The translations under genes and the position numbers were made by a program. A model generated the notes under the pieces. It was not told where the DNA came from. It saw only the letters and a list, made by a program, of their open reading frames with translations, and did not search any database. From the NCBI GenBank assembly GCA_963776345.1, contig CAVZMH010000007.1, positions 32,001 to 96,000 of the forward strand: a stretch of 64,000 nucleotides of DNA, read 5' to 3'. This document shows positions 31,242-41,525 of this stretch, in pieces. Within the stretch, counting starts at the first letter, position 1; every line of letters begins with the position of its first letter. The stretch is from an uncultured delta proteobacterium. GTDB lineage: Bacteria; Myxococcota; Myxococcia; Myxococcales; Myxococcaceae.

Positions 31242-32566
31242 AGAAGCGGGCGAAGCAACCGGTGGAGACCGTCCGGGCCTGGGCGCCGTGGACGCTGCTC
31301 GGCCTCGGGCTCGCCGAGGTCGGGCTCTCCGTCTTCCAGTGGATCGAGCTGCGCACCGTCCAGGCGGGCGGCACGGCCGTCTGCAGCGTCAACGCCACGG
31401 TGAACTGCGAGACGGTGTGGACCAGCCCCTTCGCCCAGCGTCTCGGGCAGCTGACCGGGTTGCCGGTGGCCGGGCTCGGCGTGATCTGGGGACTCGCGGC
31501 GGCGGCATGCGCGGGGGCCCTGCTCTGGCGCGCGCGCAGCGGCCGCGCCCTGCGGCCCGCGGTCCTCCCGGTGCGGACCGTGGGGGTCGTCGCTGCGCTG
31601 GTCTGCATCACGCTGATCGCCGGCTCGATCAGCGCCGGCGCGCTCTGCCTCACCTGCCTCGGGACGTATCTCCTGGTCCTGGGGTACGCAGGGGTGGCGC
31701 TGGGAGCGCTCCCAGGGGCGCTGCAGCCCGGCGCCGGCGAGTGGACGCGCGCCATCGGACTGCCGGCCACGGTGACCGCGGTGACCTGGCTCGCGCTGCT
31801 CCTGCTCGGGCCCTCCCACTCCGGCGGCGCGCTCCCGCCGAAGAGCGCGGGCAAGGGCGGCAGCACCAGCCGGGAGGTCTCGCAGTTCCTCGCCAGCCGC
31901 CCCGAGTCGGAGAAGCAGGCGCTCTCGGACGCGCTGGCCCGCTTCGCCCGGACGCCTGCCCCGGCCCCGGTGAACGTGCTGCCGCAGGCGCGGGTGCTGA
32001 AGGGCCCGGCCGATGCGCCGGTGCACCTGGTCGAGTGGACGGACATCCTCTGCCCGCACTGCCGGCACCTGAACGACTCGCTCGAGGAGCTCCACCAGGC
32101 GGTGCCCCCCGGCAGGCTGGCGGTCGAGCCGCGGCAGTATCCGCTCGACGGCGCGTGCAATCCCGACGTGCCGCAGAAGGGCGACGGGCTCCGCTGCGCC
32201 GGCTCCCTGGCCCTCATCTGCCTGGAGCAGGTGCCGGACTTCTGGACGCTGCGGGACAAGCTGTTCGCCGCCCAGAAGACGCTCACCCGGGAGTCCCTGC
32301 TGCAGATCGCCAGCTCGGGCTCGATGTCGCGCGGCCAGCTGGAGACGTGCATCGCCAGCCCCGAGGCGGCCGCCAGGCTCCAGGACGACATCCGCTACGC
32401 CGGGCTCTACAACCCGACCGGCACGCCCATCGTGGTGATCAACGGCAAGCCGGCCTTCCCCTCCCCGGTGTTCCTGTACGCGCTGACCATGGCCAGCGGC
32501 GACCCCACCGCGCCGGTGCTGACCTCGGCGCTCCCTCCGGCCCGACGGTCGGGCGTTCCGCAGTGA
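31238..32566 (+). CDS. VKOR-family membrane domain fused to a DsbA-like thioredoxin domain
   Basis: Loop Cys pair CSVNATVNC, TM CxxC (CLTC), thioredoxin CPHC, cis-Pro GTP motif. Confidence 0.9.
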   Translation: MKKRAKQPVETVRAWAPWTLLGLGLAEVGLSVFQWIELRTVQAGGTAVCSVNATVNCETVWTSPFAQRLGQLTGLPVAGLGVIWGLAAAACAGALLWRARSGRALRPAVLPVRTVGVVAALVCITLIAGSISAGALCLTCLGTYLLVLGYAGVALGALPGALQPGAGEWTRAIGLPATVTAVTWLALLLLGPSHSGGALPPKSAGKGGSTSREVSQFLASRPESEKQALSDALARFARTPAPAPVNVLPQARVLKGPADAPVHLVEWTDILCPHCRHLNDSLEELHQAVPPGRLAVEPRQYPLDGACNPDVPQKGDGLRCAGSLALICLEQVPDFWTLRDKLFAAQKTLTRESLLQIASSGSMSRGQLETCIASPEAAARLQDDIRYAGLYNPTGTPIVVINGKPAFPSPVFLYALTMASGDPTAPVLTSALPPARRSGVPQ

Positions 32567-32937
32567 GCAAGAAGAAGGGCTCGGGCCCCGTGGCCGATCC
32601 CCCGAGGCTGAACGCTCCGTTCGCCGGGCTCGCCTCGCTCCGGGAGTCGCTCCCCGCGCAGGAGCGGCCGCCGCCCATGGCACCCGAGTCCGCGAAGGGC
32701 CCGTCCCGGGCGGTCGTCCGCTACGAGCGCAAGGGCCGCGGCGGCAAGGAAGCCACGCTCATCGAGCAGCTGACGCTCTCCCCTCGCGAGCGCGCCGAGT
32801 GGCTGCTGGCGATGAAGCAGGCCCTCGGGTGCGGCGGGACGCTGGAGGGCGAGGCGCTGGTGCTTCAGGGAGACCAGCGCCCCCGGGTCCGCGCCTGGCT
32901 CGAGGGGCGTGGCGTGTCGCACATCTCGGTGGGCTGA
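32563..32937 (+). CDS. yciH: Translation initiation factor SUI1/eIF1 homolog
   Basis: Motifs RKGRGGKEATLI, LGCGGT, LQGD. Confidence 0.85.
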   Translation: MSKKKGSGPVADPPRLNAPFAGLASLRESLPAQERPPPMAPESAKGPSRAVVRYERKGRGGKEATLIEQLTLSPRERAEWLLAMKQALGCGGTLEGEALVLQGDQRPRVRAWLEGRGVSHISVG

Positions 32938-32961
32938 GCGAGCGGACGCGGCGTCGCGGCG

Positions 32962-34032
32962 TCACGCCTCGGGCGCGTCGGTCTGCTGCTGCCACCGGGG
33001 TCCCGTGTTCTCCACGAGCCAGCCAAGCGCCTCGGGCACCCCGCGGGCCATCGCCACCGCCGCGCCGAGGACCAGCACGGCGAGGCCGAGCGCCGCGGGC
33101 ATCGAGAGCTGGCGCTCCCACTGCGTGGCGAGGCCCTCGTCGCCCGCCCAGCCGTAGAGCAGGACCAGGTGTGCCACGTACACGCCGAGCGAGCCCCGGC
33201 CCAGCGTCACCAGCCCGGGCATCCGCCACACCGCCGCGGCGGAGAGGAGGCCGAGGGCGAGCATCGCCTCTCCCATCCGGTAGAAGGCCGGCCAGGGCGA
33301 GGCCGGTGCCCACTCCTCGAGCCCGGTCCACTCGAGCAGGAGCAGCAGCAGCCCGCCCGCCAGCAGGAGCGCCATCGTCCGGTGCCGGCGCTCCGGGAGC
33401 GCGGCGACCAGCAGCGAGAGCGTGCCGCCGAGGAAGAAGAAGGCCGCCCAGGGGACGAGGGGGAAGTGGGCCTCGGGATGGCCCAGCAGCCCACGCCAGA
33501 GCCAGCCGGCATCGAGTCCGACCGGCCAGCTGACCGTGGCCACGAAGGGAATCCACAGCGCGAGGGTGCCCATCGCGCCGACGCGGCCCACCGGGCGTGG
33601 GAGCAGGCTGGTGAGCAGGACCCCGGCGACGATGCACCAGCCGATGCAGGGCAGGGCGTCGAAGGCGAGGAGGTGCGGCCAGAGCGTGCCCTCGGCCGCC
33701 ATGGCCTGGGCGGCGGAGAGCCCCGGCCAGTGCAGCCCGTACCCGAGCGCGAGGACCAGCGCCGCCCTGCGGAGACGGCGCCCCACGGTGTCCGCATCCG
33801 CCGACCGGAGCGAGGCGACCAGCGCCCAGCCCGCCACCACCAGGAACAGCGGCGCGGTCAACCCCCGAAAGGACCAGTACAGGGTCACCAGCGGCGCGTC
33901 GCGGACGCGATCCTCGAGCGTCAGGTTCAGCGTGTGTCCGAACACCATGGCCACGACCGAGACGCCGCGGACGGCGTCCAGCCATGGATCGCGACGAGCG
34001 CGGAGAGAACCGGGAAGGGTCGGCGGGCTCAC
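32962..34032 (-). CDS. Membrane acyltransferase (DUF1624/HGSNAT-like)
   Basis: Motifs LDAVRGVSVVAMVFGH, APLFL, FPLVPW, LGRGSLGVYVAH; many TMs. Confidence 0.75.
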   Translation of the reverse strand: MSPPTLPGSLRARRDPWLDAVRGVSVVAMVFGHTLNLTLEDRVRDAPLVTLYWSFRGLTAPLFLVVAGWALVASLRSADADTVGRRLRRAALVLALGYGLHWPGLSAAQAMAAEGTLWPHLLAFDALPCIGWCIVAGVLLTSLLPRPVGRVGAMGTLALWIPFVATVSWPVGLDAGWLWRGLLGHPEAHFPLVPWAAFFFLGGTLSLLVAALPERRHRTMALLLAGGLLLLLLEWTGLEEWAPASPWPAFYRMGEAMLALGLLSAAAVWRMPGLVTLGRGSLGVYVAHLVLLYGWAGDEGLATQWERQLSMPAALGLAVLVLGAAVAMARGVPEALGWLVENTGPRWQQQTDAPEA

Positions 34033-34118
34033 GAGCGAGGATGTCTCCCGGCGAGAGCAGACACCGGGGCGCACCGGGGGTTGCGACCGGTGCCGCTCCT
34101 GCAACCGGGGTTCTGGAG

Positions 34119-35123
34119 CTACAGCCCGGCGATCACCGCGTCGGTGAAGTCCTTGGTCGTCGCGGTCCCGCCGAGGTCGCCGGTGCGGACCCGTCCCTCG
34201 GAGTAGACGCGCATCAGCGCCCGGTCGAGCCGGCGCGAGGCCTCGGTGAGCCCCAGCCAGTCGAGCATCATCACCGCGGACATCATCAGCGCGGTGGGGT
34301 TGGCGAGGTTCTTCCCGGCGATGTCGGGCGCGGTGCCGTGGACGGCCTCGAAGACCGCGGTGCGCTCGCCGATGTTGGCGCCGGGGACCACGCCCAGGCC
34401 GCCGACCAGGCCGGCGCAGAGGTCGGAGATGATGTCTCCGTAGAGGTTCTCCATCAGCAGCACGTCGTAGCGCTCGGGGTTGCGGACGAGCTGCATGCAC
34501 ATGTTGTCGACGATGACCTCCTCGTAGGTCACCTCGGGATAGTCGCGCGCCACCTTGCGGCAGCAGTCGAGGAAGAGGCCGTCCGAGAGCTTCATGATGT
34601 TGGCCTTGTGGACGGCGGTGACCTTCTTCCGGCCGTTCTTCCTCGCGTAGTCGAAGGCGTAGCGGGCGATGCGGCTGCTGGCCTTCTCGCTGATGATCTT
34701 CAGGCTCTCCACCACGCCGGGGACGACGATGTGCTCGAGGCCGGTGTAGAGGCTCTCGGTGTTCTCGCGGACCACCACCAGGTCCACGTTCTCGTAGCGG
34801 GTGCGCACGTTGGGGACGGAGCGGACGGGGCGGAGCGCCGCGTAGAGGTCCAGCCCCTTGCGCAGGGCCACGTTGGCCGAGGGGAGGCCGGCGCCGATCT
34901 GCGTGCCGGTGGGCCCCTTGAGGGCCACGCCGTTCTTGAGCACCGAGTCCAGCGTCTCGCGAGGCATGTTGGTTCCGTACTTGCTGATGACCTCCGACCC
35001 GGCGTCGCAGTGCTCGAACTCCAGCGGGACGTGGAGGGCCTCCAGCACCCGGACCGTCGCCGCCATCACCTCGGGGCCGATCCCGTCGCCGGGGATGAGG
35101 GAGACCTTGCGTTGTTCCGTCAT
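34119..35123 (-). CDS. Isocitrate/isopropylmalate dehydrogenase family (NAD-IDH-like)
   Basis: Motifs [43 protein letters not shown]. Confidence 0.92.
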   Translation of the reverse strand: MTEQRKVSLIPGDGIGPEVMAATVRVLEALHVPLEFEHCDAGSEVISKYGTNMPRETLDSVLKNGVALKGPTGTQIGAGLPSANVALRKGLDLYAALRPVRSVPNVRTRYENVDLVVVRENTESLYTGLEHIVVPGVVESLKIISEKASSRIARYAFDYARKNGRKKVTAVHKANIMKLSDGLFLDCCRKVARDYPEVTYEEVIVDNMCMQLVRNPERYDVLLMENLYGDIISDLCAGLVGGLGVVPGANIGERTAVFEAVHGTAPDIAGKNLANPTALMMSAVMMLDWLGLTEASRRLDRALMRVYSEGRVRTGDLGGTATTKDFTDAVIAGL

Positions 35124-35189
35124 TGGCCCTCTCTACCGCAACTCCCGCGTTGTCAGGGGTGGTAGCGTCCGGTCTCCGTTCGATCGAGC

Positions 35190-36272
35190 ATGGACGCCCG
35201 GGTGCTCCAGCGCCTGCGCCGCAAGGTTCAGCGCGGCGAGCGCCTCTCCGAGGCGGAGATGCGACGCCTGCGCACCGCGGCCGACGTGGAGGGCGGGGTC
35301 ACCCTGAGCATCACCCTGGGTCTGGCCCTCTCCAATGCCGGCTCGGACGCCGAGGCGCTCTCGGTGCTCGCCGGGGCGGGACAGCAGGGCGAGCCGGCGG
35401 CGGCCCAGGCCCGGGCGCGGGCGCTGGTCCGTGCCGGGCGGCTGGACGAGGCGGAGCGCGTGCTGGGCGAGGCGGCCGCGGCCCATCCCCGCGACGTCGG
35501 GCTCCGGAAGGGGATGCTGCTGCTCGCGCTCCGGCGGGGAGACCTGGCGGCGGCCGGGCGGGCGCTGGCGGACGTGCGGGTGCTGGCGCCCGACGACGAG
35601 GATGCCCGGGCCCTGTCCGAGGCGCTGGCCTCCGGCTCCGGTGGCGGGGCGCTCGAGGTGCTGCTCGGCGCGGCCTGGGAGTGGTTCGGGAAGGCTGGCG
35701 CGTGGGAGCACGGGGGCCTCCGCGCGACCTGGACCGAGGAGGAGCCGGCGGCGGGGGCGCAGGACGTCCTGGCGCACGTGGTGCCCGTGCTGACGGAGGT
35801 GGCGGATCCCGGGTTGCTCTTCCGCGAGGGCCCGGCAGGCCTGATGGTGACCTACGTGAGCGATGGGGTGGCGGTCGGGCCGGGGAGCGCGCCGCTGTCG
35901 CTCGAGGCGGTGGACGCGACCGCGTGGAAGCACCTCGAGGCGCGGCCCGCGGAGCCGCGCGCGGTCATCGTCGATCGCGGTCGCCCTCGGCTGTCGCCGG
36001 AGCCGCTCGGGCTCTGGGCGCTGTGCGAGGCTGACGGCGCGGACGGGGCGCGGTTGCTCACCGAGGGCCAACGGCGGCGCCTGTTCGAGACGGTGGGCGC
36101 GGGGCCGTACCGCGTCTCGCTGGCGAGGCGCGAGCTCGCGCTGGTGGCTCCGCTCCTGGACCCCACGGCGGTGGCGCTGCTGGAGTCGGTGGAGACCGGA
36201 CCCGAGGGCATCCCGGGTCGATTCGTCCTCCACCCGGACGGAACGCTGCAGCGGATCTCGCCCCCGAGCTGA
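35190..36272 (+). CDS. TPR-containing hypothetical protein
   Basis: N-terminal TPR-like helices (AAAHPRD, VLAPDDEDA); C-terminal domain unrecognised. Confidence 0.6.
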   Translation: MDARVLQRLRRKVQRGERLSEAEMRRLRTAADVEGGVTLSITLGLALSNAGSDAEALSVLAGAGQQGEPAAAQARARALVRAGRLDEAERVLGEAAAAHPRDVGLRKGMLLLALRRGDLAAAGRALADVRVLAPDDEDARALSEALASGSGGGALEVLLGAAWEWFGKAGAWEHGGLRATWTEEEPAAGAQDVLAHVVPVLTEVADPGLLFREGPAGLMVTYVSDGVAVGPGSAPLSLEAVDATAWKHLEARPAEPRAVIVDRGRPRLSPEPLGLWALCEADGADGARLLTEGQRRRLFETVGAGPYRVSLARRELALVAPLLDPTAVALLESVETGPEGIPGRFVLHPDGTLQRISPPS

Positions 36273-36338
36273 GCCCCGGGGAGGTCCCGGGGAGGTGCCA
36301 GACACCTCGTGCCCCCCGCCGTGGGCGCCTCGGCGGGT

Positions 36339-36974
36339 TCAGCCCGCGCCGGACGACGGGACGGCGTCCACGAAGACCACCTCGCGGAAGCCGAGCGAGA
36401 GCAGCAGCCCGGTGAGCGCCCGCTCGGCGCTTCCGCGCGCCCTGGCCTGCAGCGCGGGGTCGGCCATCACCTCGCGCTCGAACGCGCTCCGGGCCAGCTC
36501 GAGGAGCTGCGCCGTCTGGGCCGAGTCGAGGTTGCTGGAGATGATCTCCGTCTCCCCGGGGCGCAGCTCGACCTGCGCCTGGAGCGGCGGGAGCGCGACC
36601 TCGATGCGGCTCCCCTGGATCCGGAGCCGCCGGGCGTCGAGCCGCGCGAGATCCACGCCGAGGTGCACCGTCCCGAAGACGATGGCCCGCCCGCGCGTGG
36701 GGAAGAGCGAGGACTTCGCCCAGGCCAACACCTCGCTCCACAGCGCGCCGCTGGGAGTCGGCTCGGGCGCGTAGGAGATCTTCTTGTAGAGCGCGAGATC
36801 CAGCGTCTCGAGCCGCGCCACCTCGCGCATCCGCTCCACGACCAGCGGCGTCGGCGGCACCGACGGGACCGACGTCCGGTGGACGAGCGTCCACACGGCG
36901 AGCGCGCCCAGCGCCACGCCGGCGAGCAGGAGCAGGACCGTCCGGAGCGTCGTGCCGCGAGGAGCGCCGTTCAC
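36339..36974 (-). CDS. DUF4230-like membrane-anchored protein
   Basis: N-terminal TM; motifs VARLETL, GTVHLGVDL, IEVALPP, LLLSLGF. Confidence 0.75.
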   Translation of the reverse strand: MNGAPRGTTLRTVLLLLAGVALGALAVWTLVHRTSVPSVPPTPLVVERMREVARLETLDLALYKKISYAPEPTPSGALWSEVLAWAKSSLFPTRGRAIVFGTVHLGVDLARLDARRLRIQGSRIEVALPPLQAQVELRPGETEIISSNLDSAQTAQLLELARSAFEREVMADPALQARARGSAERALTGLLLSLGFREVVFVDAVPSSGAG

Positions 36975-37170
36975 CAGGCGGCGGAGCCTACTGCCGCCGG
37001 CGGTGGGTCGGTGCGTCCCGGGGCCCGAGCGTCAGCGTCGACTGGCGAGGGCCGGTCGCGGCTCGAGCACTGGCACGCCTCGACGGCGGGTGATCGCTCA
37101 CCACGGCCGAGCACCTCCCCCGGGCGTCGGAGCGCCGGGCGCGGAGGGGGATGCCGTCCCTTCTTCGATG

Positions 37171-37200
37171 TTGACTTTGAGAATCGTTCTCAACTAGACG
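37171..37200 (+). promoter_or_regulatory. Sigma70-like promoter with a Fur-box-like palindrome between -35 and -10
   Basis: TTGACT at 37171-37176; perfect 7-3-7 palindrome TTGAGAA-TCG-TTCTCAA at 37177-37193; TAGACG at 37195-37200. Confidence 0.65.
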
Positions 37201-37229
37201 CAGGACCCTCTCGGAGGGGTCGCCCCGCA

Positions 37230-38027
37230 ATGTCCCGCTTCTGGCCATCCGCCCTGCTGGTCTCCGTGCTGCTCGGCATCCTGCTCGCCCCGCTCGCCGC
37301 CCGGGCGAACGAGCGTCACTTCTCGTACACCTACGAATCCGCGGTCCTCGCTCCGGGCGAGAAGGAGATCGAGGTCTGGACGACGTACCGCAACGGCCGC
37401 GACACCCGCTACACCCGGTTCGACGAGCGGATGGAGTTCGAGGTCGGCCTGCTGCCCGGCCTGCAGACCTCGTTCTACCTGAACCTCACCGGCGTCGGTC
37501 AGGAGGTGGACGGCCAGCTGGCGACGGGCACCGAGCTGTCCGTGAGCAACGAGTGGAAGTGGCGCCTGCTCGACGGGGCCGTGGACGGCATCGGGCTCGC
37601 GCTCTACGGCGAGATCACGGGCTCCGTGGACGAGCTGGAGCTCGAGGGCAAGCTGATCATCGACAAGCGCATCGGGAATCTGCTCATCGCGGCCAACTTC
37701 GTCGCCGAGCACGAGTGGGGGTACGGCATCGGCACCACGGCAAAGGAGCTCCACCTCGACGGCTTCCTCGCCGCCTCCTGGTTCTTCACCCCGCGGTTCT
37801 CGATCGGTCTGGAGGCCTGGAACGCGAACATCATCGCCGAGGGGGTCTGGGAGCACTCGGCGTTCTTCCTCGGTCCGGCGGTGTCGTACGCGGGGGACGG
37901 ATGGTGGGTGAGCTTCACCGCGCTCCCGCAGCTCCCCGCCTTCAAGCCGTCGGAGGGTGGGGGCAAGTACGTGTTCACCGACTACGAGCGGTTCCAGGCG
38001 CGGCTGCTGTTCTCGTTCCACATCTAG
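37230..38027 (+). CDS. Putative outer-membrane beta-barrel protein (DUF6662-like)
   Basis: Signal peptide ending AARA; ERHFSYTYES start; alternating beta-strand pattern; C-terminus ARLLFSFHI. The family name is from memory. Confidence 0.7.
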   Translation: MSRFWPSALLVSVLLGILLAPLAARANERHFSYTYESAVLAPGEKEIEVWTTYRNGRDTRYTRFDERMEFEVGLLPGLQTSFYLNLTGVGQEVDGQLATGTELSVSNEWKWRLLDGAVDGIGLALYGEITGSVDELELEGKLIIDKRIGNLLIAANFVAEHEWGYGIGTTAKELHLDGFLAASWFFTPRFSIGLEAWNANIIAEGVWEHSAFFLGPAVSYAGDGWWVSFTALPQLPAFKPSEGGGKYVFTDYERFQARLLFSFHI

Positions 38028-38048
38028 GGTGGTGCTAGCCTGGGGCGC

Positions 38049-38270
38049 ATGCTCGGGCGGCTGCTCTCCCTGGTGCTCGGACTCGCGGTGGTGGCGTTCA
38101 TCGCCTACTGGACGCTGAACCACGTCGCTGGGGCGGCGCGGCCTGACCCGGAAGGTCGCTCGCAGCCCAAGGCGATGCTGGACCACACCCGGGAGGCGAC
38201 GAAGCGGATCGAGCAGGACGCCGAGCAGAGGATCCGCGCCACCGAGCGGAAGCTGGACGAGGCGCGCTGA
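38049..38270 (+). CDS. Small membrane-anchored hypothetical protein
   Basis: N-terminal TM followed by a charged coiled-coil-like tail. Confidence 0.65.
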   Translation: MLGRLLSLVLGLAVVAFIAYWTLNHVAGAARPDPEGRSQPKAMLDHTREATKRIEQDAEQRIRATERKLDEAR

Positions 38271-38280
38271 GCCTGGACGG

Positions 38281-38643
38281 CTACGACCGGCCGGGCTTCT
38301 GGTACGAGACCGTCACCACCGTCCCGATGCCGCCGCGGACGAACCAGTCGCCCACCACGGTGAGCGAACGCGGCGAGAGGGCGGCGACCAGGTCGTCGCG
38401 GACGCGGTTGGTCACCGCCTCGTGGAACGCCCCCTCGTTCCGGAAGCTCCAGAAGTAGAGCTTGAGGCTCTTCAGCTCCACGCACCGCTGGTCCGGCACG
38501 TAGCGAATCTTGAAGTGCGCGAAGTCCGGCTGCCCGGTCAGGGGACAGAGACAGGTGAACTCCGGCAGGTCGAAGGCGATCTCGTAGTCGCGGTCCGGCG
38601 AGGGGTTGGGGAAGGTCTCCAGGGTCTTGGTCGGTCCTGCCAT
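38281..38643 (-). CDS. queF: preQ0 reductase (type I)
   Basis: Motifs [32 protein letters not shown]. Confidence 0.95.
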   Translation of the reverse strand: MAGPTKTLETFPNPSPDRDYEIAFDLPEFTCLCPLTGQPDFAHFKIRYVPDQRCVELKSLKLYFWSFRNEGAFHEAVTNRVRDDLVAALSPRSLTVVGDWFVRGGIGTVVTVSYQKPGRS

Positions 38644-38684
38644 GGGGGAGAGCCCATAGCACCGGCGCCCGCCGCCCGCCCGGG

Positions 38685-39425
38685 TCAGCGGAGGTCGGCG
38701 AAGCTGCCCAGGGTGACTCCCGCCTGGGCGAGCGCGCGCCGGGCGGCCGCCGAGGTCAGAGTGGCGAGCTCCACCGCCCGCTGCAGGGCGTAGCTGGTGT
38801 GGGTCTCGCGTGGCGGGTACCCCGGATGGCACATCAGCTCGGTGGTCCCCTCCGATAGCCCGGCCACCGTCCCGGCGAAGCGCAGCTTGGTCCAGTACGC
38901 CTCCCCGCCCGCCTCGCCCACGAAGTGGTCGGTGGTCCGGATGCTGGACCGGCGGAGCCGTGCGCGCATCTCCTCGTCGAGCGCTCGCACCGGCAACCCA
39001 TGCCGCGCGGCGACCTGGGCCAGCCCCTCGAGCACGGCCGGGAACCGATGAAGATGCCGGTGCACGTCCAGGTGCGTGGGAGGCCTCCCGAGCAAGGCCT
39101 CGGCCCGGGCGAGCTGGGCCTCCGCCTCCCCGGCGACCACCTCGGCCGTGAGCGCGCCGACCCGCGACTCGTCGAAGGTTCCGGCGCGGAGCATCGCCGG
39201 CGGGAACCGCGGCGCGAGCGGAGCGCCCCGCGAGAGGTTCAGGTGCAGCCCCACCGAGAGCCCGCGGGCGAGCGTCGCGCCGTGCTCGGAGTGCGGCAAG
39301 TTGACCATCAGCGTCGCCGAGCTCACCACGCCGCTCCGCATCGCCAGGACGATGCCCTCGCTCACCGCCGGGTCGTAGCCCAGGTCGTCGGCGTTGATGA
39401 TCAGCCGCCGCACGGGCGCGCTCAT
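38685..39425 (-). CDS. ChbG/HpnK (YdjC) family carbohydrate deacetylase
   Basis: Motifs [28 protein letters not shown]. Confidence 0.9.
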   Translation of the reverse strand: MSAPVRRLIINADDLGYDPAVSEGIVLAMRSGVVSSATLMVNLPHSEHGATLARGLSVGLHLNLSRGAPLAPRFPPAMLRAGTFDESRVGALTAEVVAGEAEAQLARAEALLGRPPTHLDVHRHLHRFPAVLEGLAQVAARHGLPVRALDEEMRARLRRSSIRTTDHFVGEAGGEAYWTKLRFAGTVAGLSEGTTELMCHPGYPPRETHTSYALQRAVELATLTSAAARRALAQAGVTLGSFADLR

Positions 39426-41473
39426 GGGCGACACTCGGCGATGTAGCGGGGGGCCTGCTCGGGGAACCGGTCCGCGAGCTCCTTCTTCAACGCCTCGGCC
39501 TCCGTCCCCCGCTTGTTCTGGGCGAGCAGGGCGCAGAGGGCGCCGAGGGGCCGCGGATCGCTCGGGGCGAGCTTGTCGGCCACGCGGTACTCGGCCTCGG
39601 CAGCGGGGACGTCTCCCTGCTGGGTGAGCGCCGCGCCCAGGTAGTAGTGCGCCTTGGCCAGGTTGGGCGAGCGGCCCAGCGCCGCGCGCAGGAGCCGCAT
39701 CGCGTCCGCGGGCTGGTTCTGGCGGAGCTTCACGAAGCCGAGCTCGGCCGCGGCGCCCGCGTGGAAGCGGTGCTTGAGCACGGCGTTGAGCACGCCCGAG
39801 GCCTCGTCCAGCCGGCCTGCCTGGCTGAGCAGCTCCCCGCGGCGGACGGCGATCTCCCGGTCGTTGGGGGCCTTCTTGCTGGCGGAGGTCAGGGCGTCGA
39901 GCATCCCGGCCGCGTCGCCCCGCAGCCGGCGCAGGTCGGCCCGGAGCAGGTCCGGCCGGGGGTCGTCCGGAGCGAGGGCGATGGCCCGGTCGATGGCGGC
40001 GTCGGCTCGCTTCCCGAGCCGCAGGCCCACGCAGGCCCGCGCCTCCTGGAGCGCCGCCTCCAGCGACTTCGGATACCGCCGGGCGAACGCCTGGGTGACC
40101 TCCAGCGCGCCCTCGAGATCGGGGCTCTGCAGCGCCAGCTCACCCGCCCGGCGGAGCTCCGCCTCGGTGGCACCGGGCTCCTCGGCGAGCACGGTCAGCT
40201 CGTGCATCCGCTGCGCCGGGGTGGCGGCCTTCTCCGCGAGCTGGAGCCGGTCCGCCACGGTGCGCTCGGGCCGTCTCATGAAGGCGATGCCCCCGGCCAC
40301 CACCACCACCACGAGCGCCACCGGGCCCAGCACCTCGACCCGCAGCAGCTTCTGCCTCGCCCACCCTCCCCAGCGCTTCCAGGCCGGCGGAGCCGAGGGC
40401 GCGGCCTTGGTCACCTTCCGCGGCGGGCGGCTCTCCTCGCGCGGGGGCAAGAGGTCCAGCGCGGTCGCGTCCGGAGAGCGGGTCGGCGTGGAGGGATCGG
40501 CGAGCCGGGCGCGGCGCAGGGCGATGCGCTTGGGGTCTTCCTCGGCCGGGAAGACCTCAGTGACGTACGCCGCGACCTCCTCGGGGATGGCCACGCGGGC
40601 GGGCCCACCCACCGACTCGATGGCGGCGATGAACTCGTGGAGCGACGGGAACCGCCGGGACGGGTCCTTGGACAGCGCGGTGAGGCAGACCAGCTCCAGC
40701 GCCAGCGGCACCGAGGGGTCGAACTCGGTGGGCCGCTTCGGCTTGCCCTCGGTGATGCGGTTCAGCACCTCCTCGGTGTTCAGGCCGGTGAACGGGCGGC
40801 GCCCGCAGAGCTGCTCGTAGAGCATCACCCCGGCGGCGAAGAGGTCCGCCCGGTGGTCCACGTCCAGGCCGGCGATCATCTCCGGCGACATGTAGAAGAA
40901 CTTGCCCTTCAGCGTCCCGGGCTCGGTGCCCCCGGGGACGGCGGCCGACTTGGCGATGCCGAAGTCGATGACCTTCACCTCGCCGGTGACGCTGACGTGG
41001 ATGTTGTCCGGGGTGAAGTCGCGGTGGACGATCTGCAGCTCCTGGCCCTTCGGGTCCACGGCGCGGTGCGCGGCGTCCAGCCCCCGGCAGGCCTCGGTGA
41101 GCACCCGTAGCGTGACGCCCAGCGGCACGCGCCGGCCCATCTGCGCGGCGGTCTGCCGGAGCTCGGCGAAGCTGTGGCCCTCCAGCAGCTCCATCGCGAT
41201 GAAGGGCTCGGCCTGCACGTGGCCTAGGTCCAGGACGCGGACCACGTTGGGGTGGTCGATCTGCCGGGTGATCTCCGCCTCGTTGAGGAACATCCGGACG
41301 ATGGCTGCGTCCGAGGTCAGGTGGGGGAGGAGCCGCTTCACCGCCACCGCAGGCCCGAACCGCCCGTCTGCCTGGAGCGCCCGTCCCAGGTACACCTCGG
41401 CCATGCCGCCCGTCGCGATGCGCGACGTCAGGCGGTACCGGCCGAACCAGGACGAGCTCGTGCTGAGGGTCAA
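39422..41473 (-). CDS. Ser/Thr protein kinase with TM and C-terminal TPRs
   Basis: Motifs [33 protein letters not shown], then TM and TPRs. The TTG start at 41473 is inferred from an upstream TAGACT box. Confidence 0.9.
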   Translation of the reverse strand: MTLSTSSSWFGRYRLTSRIATGGMAEVYLGRALQADGRFGPAVAVKRLLPHLTSDAAIVRMFLNEAEITRQIDHPNVVRVLDLGHVQAEPFIAMELLEGHSFAELRQTAAQMGRRVPLGVTLRVLTEACRGLDAAHRAVDPKGQELQIVHRDFTPDNIHVSVTGEVKVIDFGIAKSAAVPGGTEPGTLKGKFFYMSPEMIAGLDVDHRADLFAAGVMLYEQLCGRRPFTGLNTEEVLNRITEGKPKRPTEFDPSVPLALELVCLTALSKDPSRRFPSLHEFIAAIESVGGPARVAIPEEVAAYVTEVFPAEEDPKRIALRRARLADPSTPTRSPDATALDLLPPREESRPPRKVTKAAPSAPPAWKRWGGWARQKLLRVEVLGPVALVVVVVAGGIAFMRRPERTVADRLQLAEKAATPAQRMHELTVLAEEPGATEAELRRAGELALQSPDLEGALEVTQAFARRYPKSLEAALQEARACVGLRLGKRADAAIDRAIALAPDDPRPDLLRADLRRLRGDAAGMLDALTSASKKAPNDREIAVRRGELLSQAGRLDEASGVLNAVLKHRFHAGAAAELGFVKLRQNQPADAMRLLRAALGRSPNLAKAHYYLGAALTQQGDVPAAEAEYRVADKLAPSDPRPLGALCALLAQNKRGTEAEALKKELADRFPEQAPRYIAECRP

Positions 41474-41525
41474 CGGGTTCGGAAGTCTACACCGCCCTCG
41501 TCGGCCAACCCCTCGGAGGATGGCG

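Noticed and set aside
18701..38643. queC and queF as a 7-deazaguanine DNA-modification (dpd) defence island
   Set aside because: The genes are 19 kb apart among housekeeping genes with no dpdA/tgt-like gene; ordinary queuosine synthesis is more parsimonious.
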